64,000 nt of DNA from an uncultured delta proteobacterium (GCA_963708295.1 CAVPSJ010000019.1:32001-96000); one strand, 5' to 3'. Shown: positions 48,499 to 58,929, counted from the first letter of the stretch. A program made the numbers and translations. Notes: generated by a model not told the origin, from the sequence alone.

Positions 48499-49494
48499 AT
48501 GGTTTTAGAATGGTCTTTGGGATTCATTCTCTTGGTCGTTAAACTGAGCGTTGTGCTGATCCTCCTGCTGACGTGCGCAGCCTACCTGGTTTGGGTTGAA
48601 CGCAAACTTCTGGGAAGAATGCAGGCACGGTATGGTCCGAACAGGGCCGGGCGTTACGGGCTGCTTCAGCCCATGGCGGATGTCATCAAATTGATCACCA
48701 AAGAAGATACGGTGCCCGAGGGCGCCAGCAAAATCATATTTCTCCTTGCCCCGGGCGTGGTCGCCCTCATGGCTTTGCTCATTTTTGCCGTCGTCCCTTT
48801 TGGAAGGAACATCACGCTCTGGGGGAGGCCCGTCCCCCTGGTCATCACAGACCTGAATATCGGATTGCTCTTCGTCCTCGCTCTCTCTTCCATCGGTGTT
48901 TATGGAATCGCTCTGGGCGGATGGGCCTCCAACTCGAAATACAGCCTGCTCGGCGGCATCCGCGGCGTTGCTCAAATGATCAGCTACGAAATCCCTCTGG
49001 GACTCTCCGTCGTTCCGGTGATCATGCTTGCCCGTTCCTTCAGCCTGGTGGATATCACCGACGCGCAGAGCGAATATCCCTTCATCCTTGTCCAGCCGGT
49101 TTCGTTCGTTATCTTTTTGATAGCAGCCGTTGCTGAAATTAAGAGGATTCCCTTCGATTTGCCCGAAGCCGAAAATGAGCTGGGCGCAGGGTATCATACC
49201 GAGTACAGCGGCATGCGTTTTGGTCTTTTCTTTCTGGGCGAGTATATCACCCTGATTATCTTGGGTTCACTGGTGGCCGTCTTTTTTTTAGGGGGATGGC
49301 ATGGTCCGTTGCTTCCACCCATCCTCTGGTTCCTTGTGAAGGTGGGGGGCATCGTTTTCATGCTCATCTGGTTTCGGGCCACCTTCCCCAGAATTCGATA
49401 CGATCAGCTCATGAATACCGGCTGGAAAGTGCTCATCCCGGCTGCCCTGTTAAACATCATCGCGACGGGCGCGTTCATTTTGGTGAAGACCTAG
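48499..49494 (+). CDS. nuoH: NADH-quinone oxidoreductase subunit H
   Basis: [36 protein letters not shown]. Confidence 0.95.
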   Translation: MVLEWSLGFILLVVKLSVVLILLLTCAAYLVWVERKLLGRMQARYGPNRAGRYGLLQPMADVIKLITKEDTVPEGASKIIFLLAPGVVALMALLIFAVVPFGRNITLWGRPVPLVITDLNIGLLFVLALSSIGVYGIALGGWASNSKYSLLGGIRGVAQMISYEIPLGLSVVPVIMLARSFSLVDITDAQSEYPFILVQPVSFVIFLIAAVAEIKRIPFDLPEAENELGAGYHTEYSGMRFGLFFLGEYITLIILGSLVAVFFLGGWHGPLLPPILWFLVKVGGIVFMLIWFRATFPRIRYDQLMNTGWKVLIPAALLNIIATGAFILVKT

Positions 49495-49507
49495 GGAGGA
49501 AGACGTC

Positions 49508-50029
49508 ATGGAAGGCTTAAAAGCGTTAATAAAAGGGCTTGCCACCACCTTGAAAATTCTTTTCCGAAAGCCCGTCACCGAGCAGTATCCGGAGGTTAAA
49601 CGGCTCCTGCCCGCAAGGTCCCGGGCCGTCATCATCCTCACGCGCGATCCGGACGGAGAAGAGCGCTGCGTGGCCTGCTATCTCTGCTCGGCGGTCTGCC
49701 CGGTCAGTTGTATCTCCATGCAGTCAGCCCAGCGCGGGGACGGACGCCGTTACCCCCGATGGTTTCGTATCAATTTTGCCCGCTGTATTTACTGCGGTCT
49801 TTGTGAGGAGGCATGCCCGACGCTTGCCATTCAATTGACTCCTCATTTCGAGACGAGCCAACGGGATATTTTGAAGCTTGTCTATGAGAAAGAAGACCTA
49901 CTGGTCAATCATGGCGGAAAGAACAAGGATTACAATTTCTACCGATATGCTGGCGTCACCATGGTGGGGGATAAAGGAACCCATATTGACGAACAGAAAC
50001 CGGTCGATTTGAAGAGCAACCTTCCGTAG
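49508..50029 (+). CDS. nuoI: NADH-quinone oxidoreductase subunit I
   Basis: Two CxxCxxCxxxCP ferredoxin motifs; T.QYP. Confidence 0.95.
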   Translation: MEGLKALIKGLATTLKILFRKPVTEQYPEVKRLLPARSRAVIILTRDPDGEERCVACYLCSAVCPVSCISMQSAQRGDGRRYPRWFRINFARCIYCGLCEEACPTLAIQLTPHFETSQRDILKLVYEKEDLLVNHGGKNKDYNFYRYAGVTMVGDKGTHIDEQKPVDLKSNLP

Positions 50030-50038
50030 TAACCACCT

Positions 50039-50167
50039 GGAGTAATGGAGTAACGGAGTAGTGAAAAAAAGGCAAAAGAATCTGGAACAATGGAATCGTG
50101 GAATAATGGGAAAACAATTAAAACCTTTATACCCAATATTCCATTCTTCCAATATTCCAGTATTCCT
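50039..50167. repeat. Octamer inverted-repeat element
   Basis: ggagtaat/ggaataat units and ccaatatt/ccagtatt units. Confidence 0.75.
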
Positions 50168-50218
50168 GAACACTCTATCGGAGGTCTGAACTGACTCTTC
50201 CATGCCGTTATCTTTTAT

Positions 50219-50737
50219 GTGCTCGGCATCGTCATCCTGACGGCAACGGGACTCGCCGTCACCCGGCGGCAACCGGTTCATGCCGTGCTCTATCTGATCG
50301 TTGCTTTCTTGGGCACAGCAGCTCTTTTCTTCCTGCTTGGGGCACCGCTCTTGGCCGCCTTCGTGGTCATCATCTACGCAGGGGCGATCCTGGTCCTCGT
50401 CCTATTTGTGATCATGCTGCTTCAGCGGTCTCCCCGGGAGCTCAGTTTGCGGTCTGAGTGGGGGCCTGCCGTGCTTTTGGGAATCATCTTTCTCGCCGTT
50501 GCCGTTGCGACGGTCTTCAAGGACCCCGGCAGCAGAATCGTCCTCCAGGGCGCTGTCGCCCAGCCCCGCGACTTCGGTCGTTTCCTCTTCGACAGATACT
50601 GGCTGGCCGTTGAGATCGTCTCCATCCTGTTTCTCGTTGCTCTGGTGGCTATCCTTCACTTAGGTAAGAGAAGGGAAGCGGACGGCGACGAGGACCCCGT
50701 TAGAAATCCCAACGGGGCAAAGGAGGGCCACTCATGA
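50219..50737 (+). CDS. nuoJ: NADH-quinone oxidoreductase subunit J (true start likely slightly upstream, lost to an indel)
   Basis: PVHAVLYL, IYAGAI.VL.LFVIM, E.VSIL. Confidence 0.9.
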   Translation: MLGIVILTATGLAVTRRQPVHAVLYLIVAFLGTAALFFLLGAPLLAAFVVIIYAGAILVLVLFVIMLLQRSPRELSLRSEWGPAVLLGIIFLAVAVATVFKDPGSRIVLQGAVAQPRDFGRFLFDRYWLAVEIVSILFLVALVAILHLGKRREADGDEDPVRNPNGAKEGHS

Positions 50738-51039
50738 TCGTTCCTTTAGGCCATGTCTTTCTTCTGGCAGGGATTGTCTTCGCCATGGGCCTCGTCTGTC
50801 TCGTGGCCCACCGAAACTTAATTATGACACTCATCGGTGTGGAAGTGATGATGAATGCGGCGGCCATCGCCTTCGTCGCGGCGGCCTTGCGCTGGAGGTT
50901 GATGGAAGGGCAAGCCTTTGTCCTCTTCATCCTCGCGGTGTCCGCGGCCGAGATCTCCTTGGGGCTGGCGCTGGTCGTCAGTCTGTATCGACGAACCGGC
51001 TCGATCGATCCGGACCGTTACGACATCTTGAAATGGTAG
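50734..51039 (+). CDS. nuoK: NADH-quinone oxidoreductase subunit K
   Basis: RNLI, E.MMNA, GQ.F, AAE. Confidence 0.93.
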   Translation: MIVPLGHVFLLAGIVFAMGLVCLVAHRNLIMTLIGVEVMMNAAAIAFVAAALRWRLMEGQAFVLFILAVSAAEISLGLALVVSLYRRTGSIDPDRYDILKW

Positions 51040-51050
51040 TTAAAGAAACT

Positions 51051-51214
51051 GGAATAATGGAACGCTGGACCCATCATTCCAATATTCCATTATTCCATCC
51101 GGGTCTCCGGGCCCCCCTTTTCCCCTCCCCCTTGGGGGGAGGGCGAGGGTAGGGGTGAAATCCCGGGTGAATTTGGCCCCCTCACCCCAACCCTCTCCCT
51201 CCAGGGGAGAGGGA
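51051..51214. repeat. Octamer IR element plus CCCCTCTCCC-type palindromic pair
   Basis: ggaataat..attcc units at 51051-51100; tcccctcccccttggggggaggg ... ccctctccctccaggggagaggg at 51121-51214. Confidence 0.75.
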
Positions 51215-51248
51215 GTTATTGGATGAAAACAACCGAGGTAAGCCAACA

Positions 51249-53132
51249 ATGACTTCCTGGTTACAAGATCCGACGTTGATGGCAGCGATACTGACCACGT
51301 GGCTGCCCTTCATCTCTTTCCTGCTCATCATGGTGTTCACCAGGAATCATCGGCGCCTCTCAGGCGTAATCGCTGTTGCGGCGGTGACCGGCTCGGTCGC
51401 GGGGGCCGTCTTCCTGCTGACGCGACACTGGGGTGCCGGCCATCCCATCCACTACTCGTCAAGATGGCTCATCGCGGGCGATCTCTCCATCCCCTTCGGG
51501 TTTCTACTGGACCCGGTGAGCCTGCTCATGCTCCTTCTGGTGGCGGGCATCAGTTTTCTCGTTCAGGTGTATTCCTTCGGCTACATGGCCGGCGACCCGG
51601 GGTTCTCTCGCTACTACGCTTTTCAGTCGTTGTTCGCCTGGGCCATGATGACCTTGAGCATCTCTTCGGCCATGCTTCAGCTTTACGTTTTCTGGGAGCT
51701 GGTCGGGCTTTCGTCGTATCTGCTTATCGGTTTCTGGTACGAGAAATTCAGCGCCACCCAGGCGGGAAAGAAGGCCTTTGTCATGACCCGTCTGGGCGAC
51801 GTTGCGTTTTTCATCGGCCTTCTGCTGGTACTGCTTCACCTGGGGAACGTGGACATCCTGGAGATGAACAGTCCCGAGGCAGCGGCCAGCATGAACTCCG
51901 GGTTTCTGACCCTGGCGTCACTGTTGATCTTCGGCGGAATCGTAGGCAAGAGCGCTCAGTTTCCGCTGATGACGTGGCTGCCAGACGCCATGGAGGGCCC
52001 CACACCGGTCAGCGCCCTGCTCCACTCTGCCACCATGGTAGCCGCAGGAGTCTATCTTTTCGCCCGCCTGTTTCCTTTCTTCAGCCATTCGGCAGACGCC
52101 ATGACCGTGTTTCTGGCCATCGGCACTGTCTCCATGCTCCTGGCCTCCACTATGGCCATGGTCAGCCGGGACATCAAGCGGGTCTGGGCGTATTCCACCA
52201 TCAGCCAGCTGGGGTTGATGATCATGGGGCTTGCTGCGGGAAGCCTCTTCGCGGGGACCTTTCATCTCACCACTCATGCGGGCTTCAAAGCGCTGCTTTT
52301 CCTCTGTTCAGGCATTTGGGTCCATCTGTACGAGACGAACGATGTGTACGAGATCTCCAGGCGCGGAGGTCGACGGTTGAAGACTCCGATGGTGTGTTTG
52401 GTCATCGCAGCGGCAGCCCTTTCCGGACTGCCGCCGTTCTCGGGCTTTTTCAGTAAAGAGGCCGTGCTCGGGGCACTGGCCGGACTGGAGAGCCCCGCCT
52501 GGCTGGCGGCCGGGTTACTCGGCGTCTTCCTCACCGCTTACTACGCGTTCCGGCTGATATTCATCATTCTCTTCCCGCGGGAAGAAATTCAGAGAGAGCC
52601 TGCCCCTCATAGAACGGAAGGGATGGGCGCTCTCTACTGGGCCATGGGTTTACCGCTACTCATCCTGGCCGGTGTGACCGTGGTGCTGGGGTTTCTGGAG
52701 ATTCCGCTCCGTGAGTTTCTCTCAGGGGGCATGACCGCCCACACGTATGGGGATCATACATGGCTTCCCTATATCAGCGTACTGCTGGCAGTCCTGGGTG
52801 TGGGTATCGCCTGGTTTGAGTTTGGCCGCCGCGCTGCCCCTCAGGTCGGTTTCGTCGAGAAGCTCCCGGTACTTAAGGAGCTCTTTGCCCAACGCTGGTA
52901 TCTGGACCATGCGTACCGGAGATTTGTGGACACCGTGATCGACGGTCTCCTTTCCAAGGGATGCGCCAAGAACGAAGACAGGGTGATCAACAAAAGCATC
53001 GATGGGTTCTGCGACTTCATTTTGGACAGCGGTTACCTGTTGTCCTTTCTGCAGTCCGGAAAACTGAGGTACAATCTTATCGTCATGTTCGCCGCCCTGG
53101 CTTTGGTGGCGTTGTACTTTTTGTTCGCTTAG
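51249..53132 (+). CDS. nuoL: NADH-quinone oxidoreductase subunit L
   Basis: WELVG, GKSAQFP, WLPDAMEGPTPVSALLHSATMV. Confidence 0.95.
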   Translation: MTSWLQDPTLMAAILTTWLPFISFLLIMVFTRNHRRLSGVIAVAAVTGSVAGAVFLLTRHWGAGHPIHYSSRWLIAGDLSIPFGFLLDPVSLLMLLLVAGISFLVQVYSFGYMAGDPGFSRYYAFQSLFAWAMMTLSISSAMLQLYVFWELVGLSSYLLIGFWYEKFSATQAGKKAFVMTRLGDVAFFIGLLLVLLHLGNVDILEMNSPEAAASMNSGFLTLASLLIFGGIVGKSAQFPLMTWLPDAMEGPTPVSALLHSATMVAAGVYLFARLFPFFSHSADAMTVFLAIGTVSMLLASTMAMVSRDIKRVWAYSTISQLGLMIMGLAAGSLFAGTFHLTTHAGFKALLFLCSGIWVHLYETNDVYEISRRGGRRLKTPMVCLVIAAAALSGLPPFSGFFSKEAVLGALAGLESPAWLAAGLLGVFLTAYYAFRLIFIILFPREEIQREPAPHRTEGMGALYWAMGLPLLILAGVTVVLGFLEIPLREFLSGGMTAHTYGDHTWLPYISVLLAVLGVGIAWFEFGRRAAPQVGFVEKLPVLKELFAQRWYLDHAYRRFVDTVIDGLLSKGCAKNEDRVINKSIDGFCDFILDSGYLLSFLQSGKLRYNLIVMFAALALVALYFLFA

Positions 53133-53172
53133 GACGTCGCCGAATGGACTCGGTGATTTAGTTGTCGCAGTC

Positions 53173-53257
53173 GGAGTAATGGAATATTGGAGTGATGGAG
53201 TAATGGTCATGTCTTTTTTCTTTTTTATCTCCAACATTGCAGTACTCCAGCACTCCA
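53173..53257. repeat. Octamer inverted-repeat element
   Basis: ggagtaat ggaatatt ggagtgat ggagtaat ... ccaacatt gcagtact ccagcact. Confidence 0.72.
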
Positions 53258-53281
53258 TTTATCCAGTCTGAGAGTACACCA

Positions 53282-54763
53282 ATGAATGTTGAAGTGGCTC
53301 ATTTTCCGTATCTTTCCGCCATCCTTCTCAGCTGCGTGGTGGGCCTTGTGGTCATCCTTTTCATTCCCCGCGAGCGAGAAACCCTGGTCAAGGGGGTAAG
53401 CCTGGTCTTTTCGGGGATCGCTCTGGCGCTTTCCATCTATGTTTTTTGCGCGTATGACAGGGCGCAGGGAGGCCTTCAGTTCGTAGAGAAAGTGCTTTGG
53501 GTGGAGCGGCTGGGAATTCACTACTTCAACGGAGCGGACGGCTTCAACCTTCCTTTGATCCTCCTCACCGGGATTGTGCACTTCACCGGCGTTTTAACGA
53601 TGTGGGAGTTAAAGGGACGGGTCAAGGAGTTCTTCGCCTTTACCTCCGTGCTCGTCCTCGGCGTCTTCGGATTCTTCATGAGTATGGATCTCTTCTTTCT
53701 CTTCGTCTGGTACGACGTCTCCCTTTTCCCCATGTATCCGCTCATCGCCATCTGGGGAACGACGCGAAAGGAGTACGGGGCGCTGAAACTCTTCCTTTAC
53801 CTCCTGGCGGGAAGCGCCCTGGTCCTTCCGGGCATCGTGTATCTCGCGGTGGTCTCAGGGTTGCACACCTTCGACATCTTGGCCCTCATGCAGCCGGGGG
53901 CCTTGACGCCCGGGCAGCAGAGGTTTGCCTTCATCCTCTTTTATCTCGGCTTCGGGATCCTCGCGGGCGTCTGGCCTTTTCATACGTGGTCGCCCGTTGG
54001 CCACGTGGCCGCGCCCACATCCGTGAGCATGATTCACGCTGGAGTCCTGATGAAGGTCGGCGCCTTCGGAATTCTGCGGGTTGCGATTTTTCTCTGCCCG
54101 ATCGGGTGGGCGTACTGGGCGCCCGTGATGGCCGTTTTGGCAACCATCGGCATCGTCTATGGAATCTTCGTCGGGCTGAGACAGACCGACCTCAAGTATG
54201 TGGTTGCCTTTTCCAGCGTCTCCCACATGGGGATCGTGGGGCTGGGGCTTTCCACAGTCACTGCGGAGGGGCTCAACGGGGCTGTCTTTCAGATGTTTGC
54301 CCACGGCATCATGACCGCGCTTCTCTTCTCATCCCTGGGTTACATCTACGACAAGACACACACCAAATTGATCCCGGAACTTGGCGGAATGAGCAGGGTC
54401 ATGCCCGTGGCCTCGGGTTACTTCATCGTGGCTGCACTGGCCGGAATGGGGGTACCCGGTTTCGCCAGTTTCTGGGCGGAGGTGACGGTCTTCATCTCTG
54501 CTCTCGAGGTCTACCCCGTCCTGGGCGTGCTGGCCATCTGTGCCGTGGTCCTGAGCGCCCTCTACATGCTGAGGGTGGTGCAGAAAACCTTCTACGGGGA
54601 ACGGAACGAACGCTACGCTCATCTGCCAGACGTCTCCTTCAGCCTCGGCCTGCCCAGGATGATCCTGGTTGCGGTCATGGTTCTCTTCGGCCTGTTTCCC
54701 AGACTGATGCTCGATCTCATTCAAACGGCTGTCATTCCATTGATGGGAGGGGCGCCCAGATGA
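53282..54763 (+). CDS. nuoM: NADH-quinone oxidoreductase subunit M
   Basis: PFHTW.P..H, AGVLMK.G, SSVSHMG, QMFAHG. Confidence 0.93.
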   Translation: MNVEVAHFPYLSAILLSCVVGLVVILFIPRERETLVKGVSLVFSGIALALSIYVFCAYDRAQGGLQFVEKVLWVERLGIHYFNGADGFNLPLILLTGIVHFTGVLTMWELKGRVKEFFAFTSVLVLGVFGFFMSMDLFFLFVWYDVSLFPMYPLIAIWGTTRKEYGALKLFLYLLAGSALVLPGIVYLAVVSGLHTFDILALMQPGALTPGQQRFAFILFYLGFGILAGVWPFHTWSPVGHVAAPTSVSMIHAGVLMKVGAFGILRVAIFLCPIGWAYWAPVMAVLATIGIVYGIFVGLRQTDLKYVVAFSSVSHMGIVGLGLSTVTAEGLNGAVFQMFAHGIMTALLFSSLGYIYDKTHTKLIPELGGMSRVMPVASGYFIVAALAGMGVPGFASFWAEVTVFISALEVYPVLGVLAICAVVLSALYMLRVVQKTFYGERNERYAHLPDVSFSLGLPRMILVAVMVLFGLFPRLMLDLIQTAVIPLMGGAPR

Positions 54764-56172
54764 AGTGGTTGATCCTCGGGCCGGAGATTTACTTTCTCGC
54801 AGTCGCCGCCGTATTCCTCATCTTCTCCATGACGCGCCCGAAGGGGAGGCGTGATTTCTCGGCTGCCTTATTCCTCGCCGGCCTTGGGGTGGCGGTGACG
54901 CTGGCGGCCGTCCGCCTGGAGGGATCCCTTTTCCACGGAGCTTATCGAGTCGATCTCTTCTCCCAACTCTTCAAGGGCTTGTTGTCCGTTGGATTCTTCC
55001 TCGTGGTCTGTCTCTGCTCAAACCTGAAAGGAATTCACGAGACAAAGCAACCGGAGTTCTATCTTCTGCTGGCAACCTGTACCCTGGGCATGATGTTGTT
55101 GGTCAGCAGCCTCGAACTACTGACCCTCTATGTCGCACTCGAGCTGGCCAGTTACTCGCTCTATGCCCTCGTCCCGTTGAGAAGCGGCAGCGGCCAGCAG
55201 ATCGAGGCCGGGATCAAGTACTTTCTTACGGGGATCGCCACCTCGGCCCTGATGCTTTTCGGCTTAGCCTCTCTGTTCGCGGCGACGCAGACCACCTTGA
55301 TCAGTGAGCTGATTCTGAAGCTGCCCGCCTTGCTCAACACCCCCATGGCCTTCATCGGGCTGCTGCTCACCCTGTGCGGTTTTTTCTTCAAGCTGGCCCT
55401 CTTTCCGTTCCACGTCTGGGCACCCAGCGTGTACCAGGGAGCCGCAAATCAGGTGACGGCGTTTCTGGCCACTGCCACAAAGGTAACGGCCATGGCCATG
55501 CTCGTCCGCCTGGTATCCATGAGCGACGGCAACATATCCTTGGCCCACGTGCTCATCGCGCTTGCCATCGTCTCCATGACCTACGGGAACCTGGTCGCGC
55601 TGGTTCAGAAGGACTTCAAGCGCCTGCTGGCTTATTCGGCCATCGCCCATGCGGGCTACTCGCTCATCGGCATCCTCAGCATGAATCCAACCGGCTACGC
55701 CGCCGCGGTCTTCTACGCCCTGGCTTACCTCGCCATGACCTTCACTTGTTTCCTCGTCGTGGTGAAGGTCGCATCGGACGGCCGCGACCTCCCGATCGTC
55801 CAGCTGGCGGGGCTTCACCGTCGCTCGCCGCTCCTGGCCATGGCGCTCATGGTGGGCGTGTTCAGCTTGGGGGGTATCCCTCCGACGATCGGATTCACCG
55901 GGAAGTTCCTGGTCTTTAATGCGGCCATGGAGAGAGGATACTTTCTGTTGGTCCTCATCGCCATGATCAACGTGGTCGTTTCTCTCTACTATTACATCCT
56001 GGTGGTGAAAGCGGCTTTCCTCCTCGAGCCGGACGAGGAGCTACCGCCCATCCATCTCTCTGCCCCTGCGACCCTTCTCACTGTGGTGATGGTTCTCGTG
56101 ATCGTCGTAGGGGGTATTTGGCCGGGCCAGCTCTTCGAGTTGGCTCGGACCGCCGTGCAAACACTCCGGTAA
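54760..56172 (+). CDS. nuoN: NADH-quinone oxidoreductase subunit N
   Basis: EAGIKYF, FKLALFPFH.WAP.VYQGA, KRLLAYS, GIPP; ATGA overlap with nuoM. Confidence 0.94.
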   Translation: MKWLILGPEIYFLAVAAVFLIFSMTRPKGRRDFSAALFLAGLGVAVTLAAVRLEGSLFHGAYRVDLFSQLFKGLLSVGFFLVVCLCSNLKGIHETKQPEFYLLLATCTLGMMLLVSSLELLTLYVALELASYSLYALVPLRSGSGQQIEAGIKYFLTGIATSALMLFGLASLFAATQTTLISELILKLPALLNTPMAFIGLLLTLCGFFFKLALFPFHVWAPSVYQGAANQVTAFLATATKVTAMAMLVRLVSMSDGNISLAHVLIALAIVSMTYGNLVALVQKDFKRLLAYSAIAHAGYSLIGILSMNPTGYAAAVFYALAYLAMTFTCFLVVVKVASDGRDLPIVQLAGLHRRSPLLAMALMVGVFSLGGIPPTIGFTGKFLVFNAAMERGYFLLVLIAMINVVVSLYYYILVVKAAFLLEPDEELPPIHLSAPATLLTVVMVLVIVVGGIWPGQLFELARTAVQTLR

Positions 56173-56195
56173 CCTTCTCTTCCATGGGTGACGTA

Positions 56196-56204
56196 TGCTA
56201 TAAT
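56196..56204 (+). promoter_or_regulatory. Extended -10 promoter (TGnTATAAT)
   Basis: tgctataat, then RBS agaaaggagg before ATG 56237. Confidence 0.6.
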
Positions 56205-56236
56205 GTCTTTAAAAAAATAACAGAAAGGAGGTCAGC

Positions 56237-56788
56237 ATGAGAATAAAAGTAATTTACGGATGGGTATTCCTGGCAATGCTCCTACTCTTTCTTCTTCCCC
56301 TTTCCGAGGTGAAAGCCGCGAAGAAGGTAGAGCTCGTCGGCAAGGAGACACTCAATTTTACCCTGCCATCCACGCAGGACCGGTTGATCAATTATGCGGA
56401 TGAGTATTATGGAAAGCATTATCTCATCATCACATTCTTCCCAGCGGCTTTCACACCGGTCTGAACGGGCGAGATGGAGGGTCATCAGAGGAATCTTTAC
56501 CTCTATGACCGCTTCAACGCCCGCGTCGTGGGCGTCAGCCGGGACGATGTGACCACATTGAAATACTGGGGGAAGGATCTGGGTGTCACCTTTCCGCTTC
56601 TTTCAAACATCACTGGGTTCTTGGGTGTTACTTTCGACACGCTCATCGAAGGGAAACCCATCTTTCGAAGGAGAACGGTGATCATCGATAAAACCGGGAT
56701 CATTCGCTATGCGAGGGATGGTTCACCCGACTTCAAAGATATTCTCCTCTTTCTCAAAAAACTGAACCAGGAAGGAGGAAAACCATGA
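56237..56788 (+). CDS. Exported peroxiredoxin (AhpC/TSA, AhpE/BCP-like) selenoprotein; UGA at 56462-56464 read as Sec
   Basis: ORFs 56237-56464 and 56474-56788 are in the same frame; TGA sits at the peroxidatic position of FFPAAFTPV(U)TGE; GVSRD, FPLLS and R.TVIID follow. Confidence 0.9.
56473..56486 (+). promoter_or_regulatory. Candidate bacterial SECIS hairpin
   Basis: GATGG-AGGG-TCATC hairpin with G-rich loop starting 9 nt after the UGA. Confidence 0.5.
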
Positions 56789-57396
56789 TGAGAAAAGGTT
56801 TGACGATTCTATTCTTTCTGTGGGTGAGTGCCTGGCTTTCCGGATGTGCCACCATGGAAACTCCCAAGCAGGTTCCTTACAAGGTGATGCCCGGAGGAAT
56901 AGTTGTCTGGGAAGATGAAATCGAGTTTAAGATTCCTCCTCCTGGATGGAAATTGCTCCGGGTGGAAGCAGGAGAGAATGACATCAATTTCGGATTTATG
57001 AGATCAGACCCAGGAGGATTTCCCTCTGGCACTACTTTCGCCTATGATGAGGAGCCTTTTGGGTGTTCAGCAGCCTCGTTCGACGGAAGAGAAAGGGAAT
57101 TCTTCAAGAGGTTTCTTTTCAATGCGATTCTCCAGTTTCAAATTCTGGAGAGAAAAAAGGTTCAGGTGGTCGGAGGAGAAGGGCTCCAGGTTGATGTGGA
57201 GGGAAAGGACCCGGTCAAAGGCGAGAAAGTCCGGGCCCGGGTCGTCTTCGGCAAGCGAGGTGATCGGATTATAGGATTCTATATCACCCAATGGAGGCCC
57301 ATGGCTGGAACGTACGATCTCTCGGCCTTTGACGTCTTTGACAAATTTGTGAGCTCCTTCAAATATTTAAAGAAATCTTTTTACGAAACTCTCTAA
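56785..57396 (+). CDS. Hypothetical lipoprotein
   Basis: Lipobox LSGC; ATGA overlap with the selenoprotein stop. Confidence 0.8.
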   Translation: MMRKGLTILFFLWVSAWLSGCATMETPKQVPYKVMPGGIVVWEDEIEFKIPPPGWKLLRVEAGENDINFGFMRSDPGGFPSGTTFAYDEEPFGCSAASFDGREREFFKRFLFNAILQFQILERKKVQVVGGEGLQVDVEGKDPVKGEKVRARVVFGKRGDRIIGFYITQWRPMAGTYDLSAFDVFDKFVSSFKYLKKSFYETL

Positions 57397-57459
57397 TCTG
57401 AAGAGTTATTGAGTGAATAAGTTATGGAGTTATTCTGGAAAAGGGTGAGAGAAATTCTC

Positions 57460-58654
57460 TCATCCTTTTTTATTTAGTGCGGTCAGGGCGAGACAGAGCA
57501 GAAACCCTGTCAGGGAAACGATCAGCGTTGATTGAAAAGAACCCGTCGAATCCTTAAGATACCCGCCGGAGATCGTCCCCAAAAACTGCCCGATGCCGTG
57601 GATTAAAGTGACCAATCCGTAGACAGAAGCCCTTTTTTCACCGATCCGGTCTCCAACGGATGCCGCCACCACAGTGACTGTTCCTAAGAACGTCCCCCCG
57701 AAAAGAAAGGCTGAAAAACCCATGAAGAAAGTCTGATGAAGCAGCAGAGGAAGGAGGACGGAAAGCGAGATGATCCCGTTGTTCCAGAGCAATGCCTTCC
57801 GTCGACCCAAACGGTCTGAAAGGTATCCCCAGAGGAGTCCGCTCCCCGTACACATCCAGCCAAAAATGGCCCAGATATCCCCTGCCGTTTTCGCTGTCAG
57901 TCGAATCTCTTCTATCATATAAGCAACAAAGTAGGTCGCATAGATGTTATAAGAGAATCCAAAGATGAAATAGATGACAAAAATGGCCTTCAGGGTGAGT
58001 TCTTCACTCTCTCTCTTGAAGAGGTAGTCGCTTCTTCTCTCCATCAAGACTGGGAGCGAGAAAAGCGGTCTGGCCCGGTTTCTCTTTCAATAATATCCAT
58101 CCGAGGACGGCAACCGAAAAAGTGATCAACGCCAGAAGGAACCAGCACTGTCTCCAGGCCTCCTTTCCCAAACTGAGGAGAAGATAGGGAAGCAGGAGGC
58201 CCGTGACAATAATACCAAGGCCTGTCCCGCCTGTGACGACGCCAACGGCCCTGCCCAGTCTTCGCTCTTCGAACCAGACCATGGGTAAAGTGGTTATGGA
58301 GATGTGAGAACCCGCAGCCCCTGCTCCCATGGCAAAGCTGAAAAAGAGAAGGGAAGGAAATCCTGATAATCTGCTGATGAAGAACATGGAAAGTGCCCCG
58401 CACAGGAGAGAAGCGATCACAATCCTCTTCGGCCCGAATCGCGTGGCTAACATTCCACCAATGAGCGAAAAGAGAAGGTAACCCAGCATGATGGCTCCGC
58501 TCAAAAGCCCCATCTCGCTGTAATTGAACGAGAGCGATGCTCGCATATTGGGCAAAAGCATGGGATAAGCAAACCGGCCAAACCCCAGACCCGTCATCTT
58601 GACGAGGACCCCCACTCCTACAATCACCCAACCGTAGTGGATCGCTTTCATCAT
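57460..58654 (-). CDS. YbfB/YjiJ-like MFS transporter, split near 58030
   Basis: GFGRFAY, motif A in both halves (LATRFGPKR, LSDRLGRR). Confidence 0.75.
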
Positions 58655-58683
58655 ATATTCCCAATTGAGTCAAGATTTCCGAC

Positions 58684-58929
58684 AAATCCCCTCTGACTCT
58701 CCGAAGCTGTGAAAAACTTGAGTTTGAGCCGTCACCCCGGTGAAAACCGGGATCCAGTCAGTTCGTAATCCCATGAAGACGCTGGATTCCAGCTGGAGTT
58801 TATCCCGATGAAAATCGGGGCCGGAATGACGTAAAAAAGAACCAAATCGATTTTCTCACACCTTTCCCTTTGCCAAAGGGGAGAACACGTTTTCATCCCC
58901 CTTTGATAAAGGGGGATTGAGGGGGATTT
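58684..58929. repeat. Four-level nested miniature element stack
   Basis: aaatcccc..gggattt > gctgtgaaaaa..ttttctcacac > cgtca..tgacg > atcccgatgaaaatcggg. Confidence 0.75.

Noticed and set aside
50192-50194. In-frame TGA upstream of nuoJ as a second selenocysteine
   Set aside because: NuoJ has no catalytic Cys there; a 1-bp indel after a CTG start explains it better.
51299-52456. 385-aa alternative-frame ORF inside nuoL, and similar long antisense ORFs elsewhere
   Set aside because: Typical GC3-driven shadow ORFs with Arg/Pro/Gly-rich, motif-free translations.
45865-53257. Periodic 7-8-nt repeats as a CRISPR array
   Set aside because: The units are short tandem repeats in inverted arrangement, with no unique spacers and no cas genes.
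53497-54759. 891-aa ORF suggesting a long NuoN or an overlapping gene
   Set aside because: It is a shadow frame over nuoM; NuoN homology starts at ATG 54760, with an RBS and ATGA coupling.
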